A stretch of 63,629 nucleotides of DNA, filler included. It is 12 parts of 12 records of this genome, joined end to end, with 100 filler letters (N's around TTAATTAATTAA, not from the genome) between each part and the next. Parts side by side here need not be neighbours in the genome. Positions count along the whole stretch, not along the records: positions 3,461 to 14,926 come from SRR15195285_1477; positions 15,027 to 19,801 come from SRR15195285_1478; positions 19,902 to 26,383 come from SRR15195285_1479; 9 more parts are not named here. One strand, written 5' to 3'. Positions 11,735 through 23,552 of the stretch are shown here, in pieces. The first letter of the stretch is position 1; the number at the start of each line of letters is the position of its first letter. The position numbers and the translations under genes are program-made. The notes under the pieces were generated by a model. It made no database searches and had not been told where the DNA came from. It saw only the letters and a program-made list of their open reading frames with translations.

Positions 11735-14647
11735 ATGGCGCTCGCCAGGACTGCCAGTGGTGGCATCGCAGCGCCAAAGACCGCCAACGGCGTGAGCTTG
11801 GCTTTTCTTCACGCGTTCCGCGAGAGGGAGGCAGCGCAGGCCGTGGCGCGGCTGTCCGAGTGGAGCGCCGAGATGTGCTTCACGGATCCTGCGACTGGAG
11901 AGATATCTGCGACACCACGGCTGCTCCCAGGGTTTGGCTGGGCTGTGACGGCCTGGCTGCCCAAGGGCAGGTCCACATACATCACCCTCACTCTCGAGCG
12001 AACTGATCTCAACCACGCCCTCGCAGCACACCTGCCGGACTTCAACGGTGGCGACCTGAGCGCCTCTCAGCGCGAACAGGCTGTCGCCAGCTGGATGCCA
12101 TCGTACAAGGTCTCGACTCGCGCCGTGTGGGACGAGGCCGTCGATCCTCTCATGTTCACAGGGGCTGCGGGCTACGAACTCCGTGACTCATCTCTCCGAT
12201 GCTACGCGGACAAACTGCGCCGTGACGGCCACGTCGAAGCTGTTGGAGACGCGAGCATGTTCGTCAGTCATGCGCTGGACAACTCGTTCAGTAGCCTAGA
12301 TGATGCGTTGATGTCCTATGCCAAACGCGCAGGCCTCGATCCTGAGAGGACATTTGTGCTGCTCGATGGCTTCTGCGTGGCACAAGAAGATGAGGGGTCC
12401 AACCAGCACGAACACTTCGCCTCGACATTCATGCAGTCGATCGATGCGTGCGACAAGTTCGTGCTGGTGTCAGAGCCTTGGTCGAATCCGAAGCCGCTCA
12501 CAAGATGCTGGTGCGTGTGGGAAATGTGGTGCGCGGTGCGATGTGACGCAGCCTGGGAGATCATTATGGGACCCGACCACGAGGCTGAGTTCGGACGCAC
12601 ACTGCGCGAGGTTGGTGCCGAGGAGGTGCTCCAGGCGATACGTGATATGGACGTTACCAATGCGGTCGCATACCGGCAAGAAGATGAGAAACTAATCCAC
12701 GATGCGATTCGAAATGAGCCAGCGGTCATTGGTGACGACGACAACGGTTGGACAGGAACGGTGGAATCTGGTCACCAGCGCGTTAACTCAGCGATCAAGT
12801 TGATCTTGTAAGCAATCATCGCTGTTCATTTTGATCTGTTGGAATGGAGTGTACACAATGTTGTTTGGCTAGGAACACGCCCTGCTGTCCCACTAAGTTC
12901 CTGTCTCTGTGACGTCTGCAGGCGCAAAACACTAAGCGAGTGTGCGACGCGGCTAATGGCGGAGTTCGACGAAGAAGTCGGCAGATTGCCTGAGCCAACG
13001 ACTCTCGCGGAGAAGCTCAAACGCCAGCTGTTCTGTACCCGTGGCGAGGAGGTGACAGCCGACCTGTTTTATGAGCGCGGGGAGCAGATGCTGGACGAGG
13101 CTGAAATCCTATATCGTTCCATCCTGCAGAAGCGCAAAGAATTGGCGGCAGAAGTGCTTGCAGATCTAGGAGTGACGACGACGCAAGACGGTGATGGTTT
13201 GACAGAGGAGCAGGTTACGGCGTTGATATTCACGCAGCAAATGGTGGTCTCCGTGCATGGTAAGCTTGGGCGGCTTTGCTACGACAAAGGTGACTACGGT
13301 GGTGCAGAGGAGTGTTTCTGCAATGTGCTATCAGCACGCCCTCAGCTCCAGGCTTTCGAGAGTGCCCTCACAAACGCCAAGATGCCGGATGAGATCCGAA
13401 GCACGCTGCACCAAGACAGCGACGAAAACGAAGCTGTGTACACAAGACTGCTATTGGCCAGCGCGAAGGCTAGTATGCTCCGAGCAGAAAATGGTCTTGC
13501 ACTTATCGCCAGCGCAAAGGGTGATTTAAAAGAGGCCGAGCGCTTGCTCCGGTCAGTCATCACACAGCAAGAGGTGGCCTTGCGACAACATCATTCGGGC
13601 CAAGATGATGAAATGCACGAGGGCGATTCGACTGTAACCATGGACGAGGCTGCCGCGGGTGCTGCTGCAAGAGATGTGGTCGACTCGAAGTCGAATCTTG
13701 TAAGCCTCCTCCGCACGAGTTCTGCGCAACGCGGAGGTGTACCAGCGAGGACAGAAGATGGAGCAGTGCCGCCGGGGCTGGCAATGCTCGAAGAAGCGGA
13801 GGAGTTGCAGCTCTCCGTGATAAATTGGAGACTCCATAATCTCGGCCCAAGCCACCCTGCGAGCCTCGATGCGCAAGTGCAACTTGCAGTTTTGCAAGAG
13901 GAAAGCGGCAAGAAAGAAGCTGGCGAGGCACTGCTCAAAGAAGTCTTGAACAAGCAGACAGAGCTGCTGGGGGAATCACACATGGATACATTGGCGACAC
14001 ACAACAGTCTGGCGACGCTATACGCGAAGCGCAACGACTATACTAGTGCCAAGGCATCGTACGAGTCACTGTTGCCACGGCTGGAGCATGTCCTTGGCAA
14101 ACGGCACCCAAATACATTGAGCACCTGCCGTAGTCTTGGCACAGTGCTCGCCAGCATGGGGGAGCACGCCCGCGCAGTGGATCTGCTCTCAGGTAAATGG
14201 TTCGAAATCTGTGTACCAATTCTTCCATCCATGGTTTTTGTTACCTTTTCGTTATTGAATGCCTTCGATGCTGCTCACAAGGAAATTTCACATTTTCGTG
14301 GCGGAACAGGCGTTGTGGACGCACAGGCTACAGTGCTTGGGCCCACACATCCAGACTTAAAGCATTCCACAAAGTTGCTAGCGCAAGTGCAATCGATGCA
14401 AGCCTCGCACGTGGAGGCGACAGCAGTGTTTCGTGCAATCGACACTGACAACTCCGGATCGATCTCGATGAGTGAGCTGACGATTAGGCTCGGAGACTTT
14501 GGGCTCACCGATGAAAGTGTTGAGCTTGTTGCGACGCAACTGATGACAATGATGGATGAGGACGGTGATAACGAGATCAATGAGTCCGAATGGTTGCACG
14601 CGTATCCAGCTTGGCAGAAGCTAACGGCACAGATCGATGGCCTATGA
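11735..14647 (+). CDS. TIR/HET-like domain + TPR (kinesin-light-chain-type) repeats + two EF-hands
   Basis: Motifs FVSHA, LLDGFCVAQ and LTRCWCVWEM; TPR-like LGPSHPASL, LGESHMDTL, LGKRHPNTL and LGPTHPDL; EF loops DTDNSGSISMSE and DEDGDNEINESE. Introns at 12808-12921 and 14193-14309 join the ORF pieces in frame. Confidence 0.75.
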
Positions 14648-15026
14648 TTTTCATTCCAGGAGGTTGTCTAATGCCTGGATGCTGGCCCTTCACAATCACG
14701 ATGTTGCGAGCTTCCCAGCATAAAGCTACTTACTCATCCAGTTTCCACACCACTTGCCGTTCGGGCCTCCACCGCATAGACACTTCCGGTCGAAGGTCCC
14801 AGCAACTTTTTTGCTTGAGACGTAATTGGAACCGTAGTCGTCTGCCAGCCAATTACATGAACACGCACAAGTATTCGACCGCGCGCGCCCGCACACACAG
14901 CCGTCTTTCGCATCAGCTCAGCGCCANNNNNNNNNNNNNNNNNNNNNNNNNNNNNNNNNNNNNNNNNNNNTTAATTAATTAANNNNNNNNNNNNNNNNNN
15001 NNNNNNNNNNNNNNNNNNNNNNNNNN

Positions 15027-18000
15027 CAGCAACAGCAACAGCAACAGCAACAGCAAAAGCAGCAGGACAGACAATCAATGACGACGTTGTCATTGAGTCC
15101 GCTGGACGAGATGCAGCCTACGAGTAGTCGAAGCCCTCGGCCACAAGGAGTGCAACAACTCATTGGACATGACACAGAGAAAGCCCTCGCTGAAGCAAAA
15201 CTTGAGGTCGAAACGCTGCGAGAACGTCTAGCGGCAGCTGAGAAAGCCGGAGCCACGTACGCGTCCGAGGCACGAGCCGCGATGCAGTCGAACTTGCAAA
15301 CATCTTCACAAGAGCTGAACGTTCTGGATGAGATGACTCAAGAGCTAGCACACGTGCGTGCCCATCATGTCGAACGCTCCATGCAAGTTTCTGCTACCCT
15401 ACAACTTTTGACGAGTTCTGAGGACGAGAAGGCAAAGGCAGAAGAAAAGGCGCAAGAATTGGAGGCAGCAATTAACAGTTTACAGGAGCAGCTTCACCAC
15501 GCAACCGCAACCGCTGATGCTGCCAAACAGCAAGTTAGTGCCCTGGAGGGGTCTTTGGTGACTGAGGCACAGCGTGCAGCACAGCTAGCTGAGCAGCTCG
15601 GTACAACTGCTGAGAAGGCAGAACAGCAAGAGCGACTGTATACCCACCTGCAGCAAGCATATGAGAAGATAAAAACTGACAATGATTCATTGGCCGAGCA
15701 CCTAAAGACTACGCAAGACCAAAGCCGTGAGACAGAATCAGTTCTAGTCACGCTGAGGGCAGAGCTGTCAGCAGCGAATGCTGACAGAGAAGCGGAGCGC
15801 GGTCGTCATCTTGCGGTGAATGCTGAGCTCACAGAGGCTGGAGACCAGCTGACGGAAGTGCGAAAGCTTCACGAGGAAGCAGTAGCCGCTTTGGAACTTG
15901 AGCTGGTTGCGGCGAGAGGGCAACTAGCGGCATTGGAGGCAGCTGGTGCTGAGTATGCAGTGCAGGTTGCAGCATACAAAGAGGCTGCAGAAAAGACAAG
16001 AGCTGAGCTAGCTGAGCTGGCAGTTAAGAACGAAGCCTTACAAAGAGAGATCACGACCATGACAGACACAGAGCGAGCGACAGAGCGAGCAGCTCAGGAA
16101 CGATACACAGATTTATCTGCACGTCTTTCACAGGTCGAGGCCGAAGCTGAAGCACAAATAGCCAGCTCAAATCAGCAGATCGCCAGGCTGCAGAGCGATG
16201 CCCTTGCACAAGAGGAGTCTCGTCAAAATGAGATCCAGCAGCGGATCGCTGCGACACGAGAGGAGATGCTAGCGGAGTTTGAGCAGCGCCGGGCAGAAGA
16301 ACGCGCACAGCTCGCACAGATTGAAGGCAGCGAGCTGACGAAAACTGAAGCTCGCCTTGCTTTTGCAGAGCATACAGCAGCGGCAGCAGGCTCTACTGGT
16401 GCTGCCATTCAGGCACAGCTTTCCCGCAGTCAGGCAGAGCTGCTTGATGCCAATCGCCTGATGGCTCGGCTAAAGGAGCAATGTGAAGCCTGGGCCAATG
16501 AGAATGCCAGTCATCGCGCACGGCACCAGCGCAAAGTCTTTAGACTCCAGGCTGGGCTCGCGGGTCTAAACGCCGGCACACTCCGCCTAAAGTGCGTGCG
16601 GATGGCGTTCCTGCACTGGAAGAGAGCCTGGAATTTGTCAGGGACATCCGAAAGTCTCGGGTTGCAGCTGGCAGTCCTGCACGGGCAAAAAGGCAAGTTC
16701 AAGGCGATCAACACAGCATTTGCAAACTGGAAGGCCGAGTGGTCTGCAGGCATACAGCTTCAGGCGCGGACAAATAGGAGTGTGCGCGGCTGGCAGTGGC
16801 GTCGCGCTCTTGCCACGTGGCAACGCTGGAAGCTTTACCTGCATCTCAAAGCGAATGATGGAGTCTTCAATTCAGAATTATCTTGGAGCAGCGGTCATTC
16901 CTCGCCAAAGTTGCACATGTCACCACAACGGGTTGGGACCATGGTAGACAAGAAGCTGACGGACCATGCACTGACGTTGGAACAGCGGCTGGCTGAGGAA
17001 ACAGCACGTGCCGATCTTGGGACGGAAATTGCAGAGATAGAGCGCGCAGCTCGAGAGCGCATTGAGATCGAGAGGGATGCGACGGTGGCCTCTGCACTAG
17101 AGCGGGTTGCAGAAGCTGAGGAGGCGTTGGTAGCAGAGCGCCAAAGATCAGGGCGCGAGTTTCAAGGGGCGCGAGATGGCCTGCAGGAGCAGCTGAACAG
17201 CGTCATAGAGGCCTCTAGTGCCGAAATCGAAGAGGCTCACACAGCTGCTCGCAAGACGAAGGCGCACGCGGAGCGACGCGTCGTGGCAGCAGAAAAAGAG
17301 GCGGCTCGGTGTAAGGAGCAACTGCGAGAAATGCAACAGGAGATGGCTGCTTCTCGCAAGACACTCGGTTCGGGTGACCCGGAGAAGCTTAAGAAGGATC
17401 TACGGCGCGCGCGTAATGATGCACACAAGTTGCGAGAGAGCCTTAACGTGGCGGAGCAAGCGAATGTCCTGCTCGAACAGCAGAAAGCGGCCTTAGAGAA
17501 ACGCGTCAGAAACCTGGTCAAGACGACACGTACACCACGCCAACGACTGCGATCCGCAGCGCCAGTAGATATGGAAGGGTCACCAGTGGGTAAGGTCAGT
17601 GGGAGCGCCAGAAGTGGTTCTGCAAAGCGCACTGGACCGCTCGTCCTATCTCCCCCGCCAAGCCAGCTGTTGCACCCGGAGAAGACGCACGCCTGTGAGT
17701 AGCCTATGGTCATTTCTCTCCATATCCAATTCATTGTCATCACATTTGCAACCAGCCTCACTGGCTTGACTACGTTCAGTGGTCCCATAAATTCACCTGA
17801 ACTCTGTTGCCGTTGGTGTCGCACTACAGGGGGCAAAGCTCCACCCACGGGGCGTGAGTCGCCGTTGAAGAACAGGCCACGCACCGGCAGCGTCGGTAGC
17901 CAAGGCTCCCATAGCCACAGCTATGGGCCTAGCAAACTCCATGGGGCGGGCACTGATATGGAAGAGAACCCTCCCTCTCTACCTAAACAGTCAATGCCAC

Positions 18001-18416
18001 TCGCGGCACCCGCTGCGATACTGGGAGCGGCCACGCCCGGGACTATGTCCAGGGAACTGGGCGAGACGCCGATACAGACTCCACAACGTCCGAGCCGACG
18101 AGCGCGAGAACCTGGCCGTGGCGGCAACACAGCTAGCGGCCAACACGATAGCGTGGAAGCACCGAGCGCGATGAGTGAGTAGCCCGGAGTACCTGCAGCC
18201 GTAGACTTCTGGTCCATCCTCTTTGGCAACTTGCTGAGCACGCCTGGGCTTGAAATTGCGTGTAGGTCTCACGCTGTCTGTCGCTCAGCAAGAGCAGGAC
18301 CGGCTGCTAGTGGCAGCGGCGCAGTCAAAGCCGCACTCGCCCGCGGGATCATAAGAGCTGACCGCGAAATAGTGGTGGAGCCAAACGCTACTACTAGTCC
18401 ATACACCTCTGACTGA
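15027..18416 (+). CDS. Long coiled-coil protein with Sfi1-like Trp motifs, 5' partial; 3' exons uncertain
   Basis: In-frame (CAGCAA)n poly-Q at the contig start, extended E/A/Q/L heptads, and AFLHWK, AFANWK and ALATWQRWK motifs. Probable intron from about 17695 to 17830. Confidence 0.6.
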
Positions 18417-18568
18417 ATCTCTGTATGCCCTCAGTACGGGCGGGTGGTCCGATTTGCTTGCACTATGAAGAAAATGATTGAGAACATACAGTAATGTGTT
18501 CATTCATTCTTACATCTTAAACCATCTCACAGGTTGAACACCCAACACTCAGCCCGTACGGGGTGGTT

Positions 18569-19330
18569 TCATACGGCAGTCTCAGGCCTAAGGGCCGCCA
18601 GCTCGCACAGCGTGTTGGAAACATCGTGTTTGTCGTCGAAAGAGCTCGAGCGCTCCAGCTTCACCGATCGCAAGACTGAACCCGGAGTCATCGGCGGAGT
18701 GACGTAGTTGCTCTTACCGATGCTGCAGTCCAACTGGTTCGCTGGGGGCTTAAGCGTGGAGATGATGTTTTCGTCCGTTGGCAGGGTGGCGGTCTGTTCC
18801 TCCTGCGGAGGGGTTCCACCGCAGGTGCGCTTCGTTTGCTGCGGAGCGGCCGTAGAAGAGCTTGCCGCCTGAAGTGAAGGGCTGTTGTTTTGGCGCGCGC
18901 GCTGATGTGCGGCCACTTTTTCCTTCGCGCCGGGTTCTTTGAACCGAACGAGCGCCTTCATCACATTAGTACGAGTGCTGAAAGTTGTCTTCACGTGCCT
19001 GACCTCACCGTAGCGGGAGAAGTGTTCGACGATCTTATTTAGGGGCGTGGAGCTCGGAATGTTCGCCACCAGCAGGTCTGTGTCACAGGTGCGGTATCTC
19101 CGCAGGCGCTGCGCCGGCGGACCTTGGCGATCGCTCTCCTCCCCCCCGTTGTGCCGCTTCCTGCGGTTCTCGCTGCCCTCCGCGCCACGGCTGCTCGCCG
19201 CGTCACGTCTCCGATCGCCCAGAATGTCCCGCCGCTCGCCGCCCCCGTCCGTCCGCTCGCCGGCGTGCGCCTTGCCTCGGTCACTCATCTCGCCACCACC
19301 CCACCTCACCACACCACAACCCCGTACCAC
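18569..19330 (-). CDS. Single-RRM protein
   Basis: LLVANIP...IVEHFSRYGEVRHVK...ALVRF with low-complexity flanks. The true start may be the internal ATG (MSDRGK). Confidence 0.65.
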   Translation of the reverse strand: MVRGCGVVRWGGGEMSDRGKAHAGERTDGGGERRDILGDRRRDAASSRGAEGSENRRKRHNGGEESDRQGPPAQRLRRYRTCDTDLLVANIPSSTPLNKIVEHFSRYGEVRHVKTTFSTRTNVMKALVRFKEPGAKEKVAAHQRARQNNSPSLQAASSSTAAPQQTKRTCGGTPPQEEQTATLPTDENIISTLKPPANQLDCSIGKSNYVTPPMTPGSVLRSVKLERSSSFDDKHDVSNTLCELAALRPETAV

Positions 19331-20044
19331 ACGCCCGCAGCAGCGGCAAACAGCTCAAAGAAAACCCCTCGGCCGTTCAGGAGGCAAGGGCAAGGCAGCA
19401 GCAGCAGCAGCTCGGCAGTGGCGGCGGCGCTTGGGCGCTTCAACCTTGCGTTCGTTCGTCCCTGCGTATTACCACTGCGTATACCGTATTACCGGACACT
19501 GGACTACGTACTATACTGCTGCTACTACTAGCTGGTAGATCCCGGTACGGGGAAATAGTACTACCGCGGTATTTTATAAATCTAGCTAGCTATCCGGTAG
19601 GCCTATTGTAGTCCGCGTAGTTGCACCGGTACTCATTCCCGTAGTAGCGAGATGGTGGATCATCACAACATCAAATGGATGTAGACGAGGATGCGCCGTG
19701 CTCTCAGGCTGCACACTGAGCACACTCGGCATGACCATCGGTGCTCATTCGCTCATTCTGGCAGAGACCGTGCTCACGCACGCCTACAGCCGTACACAGT
19801 ANNNNNNNNNNNNNNNNNNNNNNNNNNNNNNNNNNNNNNNNNNNNTTAATTAATTAANNNNNNNNNNNNNNNNNNNNNNNNNNNNNNNNNNNNNNNNNNN
19901 NCGACGCCGGTGCGTCACGCGGAGGCACGCCCACCTGATCAAGATGACGCGGTGCACCCTGTCTGCCTGTCAGACAAGTGAGCTTGTCAAGGACGTGTCC
20001 TAGTCCGAGGAGCAGAAACTCTGAGACTGAGTCCAGGAACGAGC

Positions 20045-23000
20045 ATGGAGCCGGAGCTGTCCAAAGCCGAGCTCAAGCGCCGCGCGAAACTTGCGAAGGC
20101 AGAGGCGAAGGCCCAGGCACGGGCGGCGAAGGATCGCGCCGTGCTACAACAGCAATTTGAGAAGCAGCAGCGCGAGCAGGTGAAGGCAGACGAGAAGAGA
20201 CGCGCGGACGACCCGGAGTTTGCAGCAGCGGCTGAGAAGGCAGAGGCTGAAGACGACTGGCAGGTATTCAGCCTCCAGCCCGGCTTGGCTTTGCGAGTGG
20301 AGGAGGCGCGTGATCTACGTGAGAAAGGCAAATCCATCAACCCTTACATCATCGTTAAATGTGGCGATGAGACTTTTCGCACAGATGCGGCGAAGGACGA
20401 TGGCGCGAATCCTGCGCCAAACCAAAACCAGGTTTGGCGCGAGTTCTTCACCTTTCCCGACTGTCCAGAAACAGGACGTGTGGATCTGGAAGTATGGGAC
20501 CAGAAGTTTCTGGCTCGCGACATTCCGCTAGGAATGGTAGGGCTCAAGGCTCAGCAAGTGATGGACTTACAGAGCCAGAGCGCCGAAGGCCAGCTAGATA
20601 TTTGGCTGTACCTGCAGCCGCTCGCGAGCTGCTCAAGTCCGACAGGTAGCATTCGGCTCATAGCAACCATGGGGGATCGGAAGACGAAGCGAAAACTCAG
20701 ACACGGAGCGAAAAAGTCTAGCGGCAAGCAGGCGGCACACGATGAACCATCGGAGAAGCATTCACCTGGCAAGGACCAGCAGTTTCGCTCACGAAAAGAG
20801 CTGTCAAAAGTAACAGCAGCATCACGTGAAGCCGAAGCTCAAGCTCGGGCGACGCAGCAGATGGAGGCATATCTGCTTGAGCTTGACAGGCAGCGTATGG
20901 AAGCGGAGGCTGCAGCTGCAGTGGCTGAGAAAGAAGCTCAGGAGAAGCAAGAAGCTGAGCTGAAATTGATCGAAGCCAAGAAAGAAGCGCAGCTTGCGGC
21001 CGAGGCAGCCGCCCAGGAGGAGGCTGAGTTGCTGCAGGCTGAGGAGAGGGCCGCTGCCGAAAAGACAGAGCTGGATGCTGCGCGTGAAAAGGTGACGAAT
21101 ATCGAACAATCTCTTGCGGAGGCTAGGGAGAAGGGCACTGTTGAAGATCAGGAACGTCTGCTTCGCGAGCTGGAAAAAGCACGTCACACTGAGGAGGCTG
21201 AGCGAGCGGATTACCAAGCAGCGGAGGAGCGTCGCGCAAAAGAAAAGATGGACGCCGAACACGCACGCGATGCTCTTAGTCAGCAAAAAGCAGCCACCAA
21301 TGCCGCAGAACAGGCTTACTTTCAGGAAGCAGAAGAAGCTCTTGTTGCCGCCGAAGCAGCGCGGGTAGCTAACGCCGCGGCGGAGTACGCTGCCGAGATC
21401 CCGTCGATCATCAGGAGCGAGGAAGGTGAGGATGTAAATAAGCTAGAACAGGAAGACGATGCAGCACGGTTGCGAGCAGAGCAGGAGCCAGTACTGATTG
21501 ATTCCACTCAAGGACAGAGAAATCAAGATCAGCGGACCCAACGTGTACAGCTTCAACGTACGATTAATGATCCAAAAGAATCTACATTTTCGCGTGCTGC
21601 AAGAAGAAATGAAGAGGAGGCTGCTCGTGGAACTGATTGGGAGCGCACAAAAACTGCAGAGGGCAAAAGGAAGTGGCGACAAAAGCGAGCTATGCTCGCG
21701 GGGACATGGAGTCGAGGGCCCGGTACTCGCCTCACAAGAGGATTGTACAGTGCCGACCGGCTTGACCCGCGCTCAGCAACCCCTGGCATTGTACGAGAGC
21801 AGGAACAGAAGATGGTGGGGCGCGCTGCCCGGAGCAGAGAGTACCAGCGTCGTAGGAGAGCGATTGCTGCCACATACCCAACCCTTGCGAGACCGCTCGA
21901 GCCAGACATGGCGGCGTGGGGTAAGCGCGCTCCACCGCCGTTTTACACTCCGGGCAAACCAAGGATTGAAGGCAAATTGCTGAAGTGGCGCCCTGCCTCA
22001 CTGGAACACTCGAACACTGACGTTGCAGACGTGTGGAGGACCCGCTGGGTTGAATTTCGCGTCGAGGCAGAAGCACACCCAAAGTTCGAAACGCTGGCTG
22101 AAGAGCAGCAGTACCTGGTCACAGAAGTAGTAGACGACTTACGCAGCCTGGGCAAGTCACATGGCGAGATAGAAGCCGTCCTTCAGTCGATCAAACATCC
22201 ATTGCGAGAGCACAGGGCACCCGACAAAGATATTGAAGAACTGTTGTTCTCAGCAGAAGCCGAGGACCGGCGAAAGCGCCGAAGGCTGCGCCCGGTACTC
22301 AGCTACTGCCACAGCAGAGGAGGCAGGCAGCTCGGATGGCTTGACCTATGTGGTGCCACCCTGACCCGTAGCTATCGGCCAGAAGAAGCACAGCAAGTAG
22401 CACTAACGAGACCGTTGATGCCCTCTGATTTGCAATCGAACACAGACAAAATATGTGCGAGCAATTCAAGGTGGAGGCTACATACGTTGGTAGGAGAAGG
22501 GCCCCGAGCACATCTTTTGAAAGACTTGTGTCGTGCTTGCATAAAGGCTGGGTGGCAGCCGCGAGAGCTCTGTGAAGCGGACCGTGTTTTAGAATCTACA
22601 GGTCCTAGGCTGCCAGATGCAGCGTGCGGCCGGCCTTACTTGACAGTCACTGCCAAGGACCCGCACGGCGGACGTCCTCACGTACTTCCACCAGAACCAA
22701 GTTGGGAACCCCATGTCAAGCAATTGTGTGACGAAGTGGGTGGCAGCTCGCGCCTTGACGCTGCTCTCGCACTGGTGGAGACGCACGGCGACCCCAGGAA
22801 GGCAAAAGCCAGAATACGCGACCGTACGAGTTCCCCAAACCTTGAAGACGTCAAGGCGTTGCTCCAGACATCAATCGTGTTTACCACAACCTCAGCCACC
22901 TTCAGCTGCGACAAGACTGCCGCCGCAGCAGAGGAGTACCTACAGAGTTGGTTCGAGCAGTTCCGATATGCTGTCTGGGAGACCGATCTGTCTACGGGTC

Positions 23001-23440
23001 GCAGTCCCCTCGAAACAACATCCGCTGCCCCGAAGCAACAACCGCCGCCCCAAACAGGGCCGCTTAGCTTCAACCCGCCCGGTGGCCCGCAGGACGGCCC
23101 TGTTCACAAAGTAGTCAACCATCCAGCGTATTATCAACCGCCGCCAGCGAGTCTTTATGCAGTGCGAGCCAAGTTAAGGCAGGAGCTCGAGGTGAGTGCT
23201 CAGCGCTTTGTTCCTTCCCGAGGAGGGCTGTACAGGAACATGACAGATGAGATGGAAGCGGATGCTGCAACTAGGGCGGCGATGCAGTGGCGTGCTGGCG
23301 GCAAAGCCACCAACGGCGGCGTGCGCTGGGCTCCAAGGCTGGATGACAGAAAAGCAGCTGTGATGAAAGCGCTTGCCAATGTCTCGGAAGGCACTGCTGC
23401 TGGCAAAAGCGTCGGCGAAGTCGCTGCTGAAGCGGCGTAG
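20045..23440 (+). CDS. C2 domain + coiled coil + interrupted PH-like domain protein
   Basis: C2 motifs LRVEEARDL, NPYIIVKCG, WREFFTF and LEVWDQ; E/A-rich coiled coil; PH-like pieces IEGKLLK, WRTRWV, LSY...GWLDL and YLQSWFEQF. Confidence 0.7.
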   Translation: MEPELSKAELKRRAKLAKAEAKAQARAAKDRAVLQQQFEKQQREQVKADEKRRADDPEFAAAAEKAEAEDDWQVFSLQPGLALRVEEARDLREKGKSINPYIIVKCGDETFRTDAAKDDGANPAPNQNQVWREFFTFPDCPETGRVDLEVWDQKFLARDIPLGMVGLKAQQVMDLQSQSAEGQLDIWLYLQPLASCSSPTGSIRLIATMGDRKTKRKLRHGAKKSSGKQAAHDEPSEKHSPGKDQQFRSRKELSKVTAASREAEAQARATQQMEAYLLELDRQRMEAEAAAAVAEKEAQEKQEAELKLIEAKKEAQLAAEAAAQEEAELLQAEERAAAEKTELDAAREKVTNIEQSLAEAREKGTVEDQERLLRELEKARHTEEAERADYQAAEERRAKEKMDAEHARDALSQQKAATNAAEQAYFQEAEEALVAAEAARVANAAAEYAAEIPSIIRSEEGEDVNKLEQEDDAARLRAEQEPVLIDSTQGQRNQDQRTQRVQLQRTINDPKESTFSRAARRNEEEAARGTDWERTKTAEGKRKWRQKRAMLAGTWSRGPGTRLTRGLYSADRLDPRSATPGIVREQEQKMVGRAARSREYQRRRRAIAATYPTLARPLEPDMAAWGKRAPPPFYTPGKPRIEGKLLKWRPASLEHSNTDVADVWRTRWVEFRVEAEAHPKFETLAEEQQYLVTEVVDDLRSLGKSHGEIEAVLQSIKHPLREHRAPDKDIEELLFSAEAEDRRKRRRLRPVLSYCHSRGGRQLGWLDLCGATLTRSYRPEEAQQVALTRPLMPSDLQSNTDKICASNSRWRLHTLVGEGPRAHLLKDLCRACIKAGWQPRELCEADRVLESTGPRLPDAACGRPYLTVTAKDPHGGRPHVLPPEPSWEPHVKQLCDEVGGSSRLDAALALVETHGDPRKAKARIRDRTSSPNLEDVKALLQTSIVFTTTSATFSCDKTAAAAEEYLQSWFEQFRYAVWETDLSTGRSPLETTSAAPKQQPPPQTGPLSFNPPGGPQDGPVHKVVNHPAYYQPPPASLYAVRAKLRQELEVSAQRFVPSRGGLYRNMTDEMEADAATRAAMQWRAGGKATNGGVRWAPRLDDRKAAVMKALANVSEGTAAGKSVGEVAAEAA

Positions 23441-23552
23441 TCAAGTGCACGAAGCCGAGCAGCACGAAGCTGACGCATGCTGCTCGGTGCCCAGTTGGTG
23501 CAGAACTACTTGGTTTGAATAGTAGTTTATTTGAAAGGTGGTCACAATCGGT

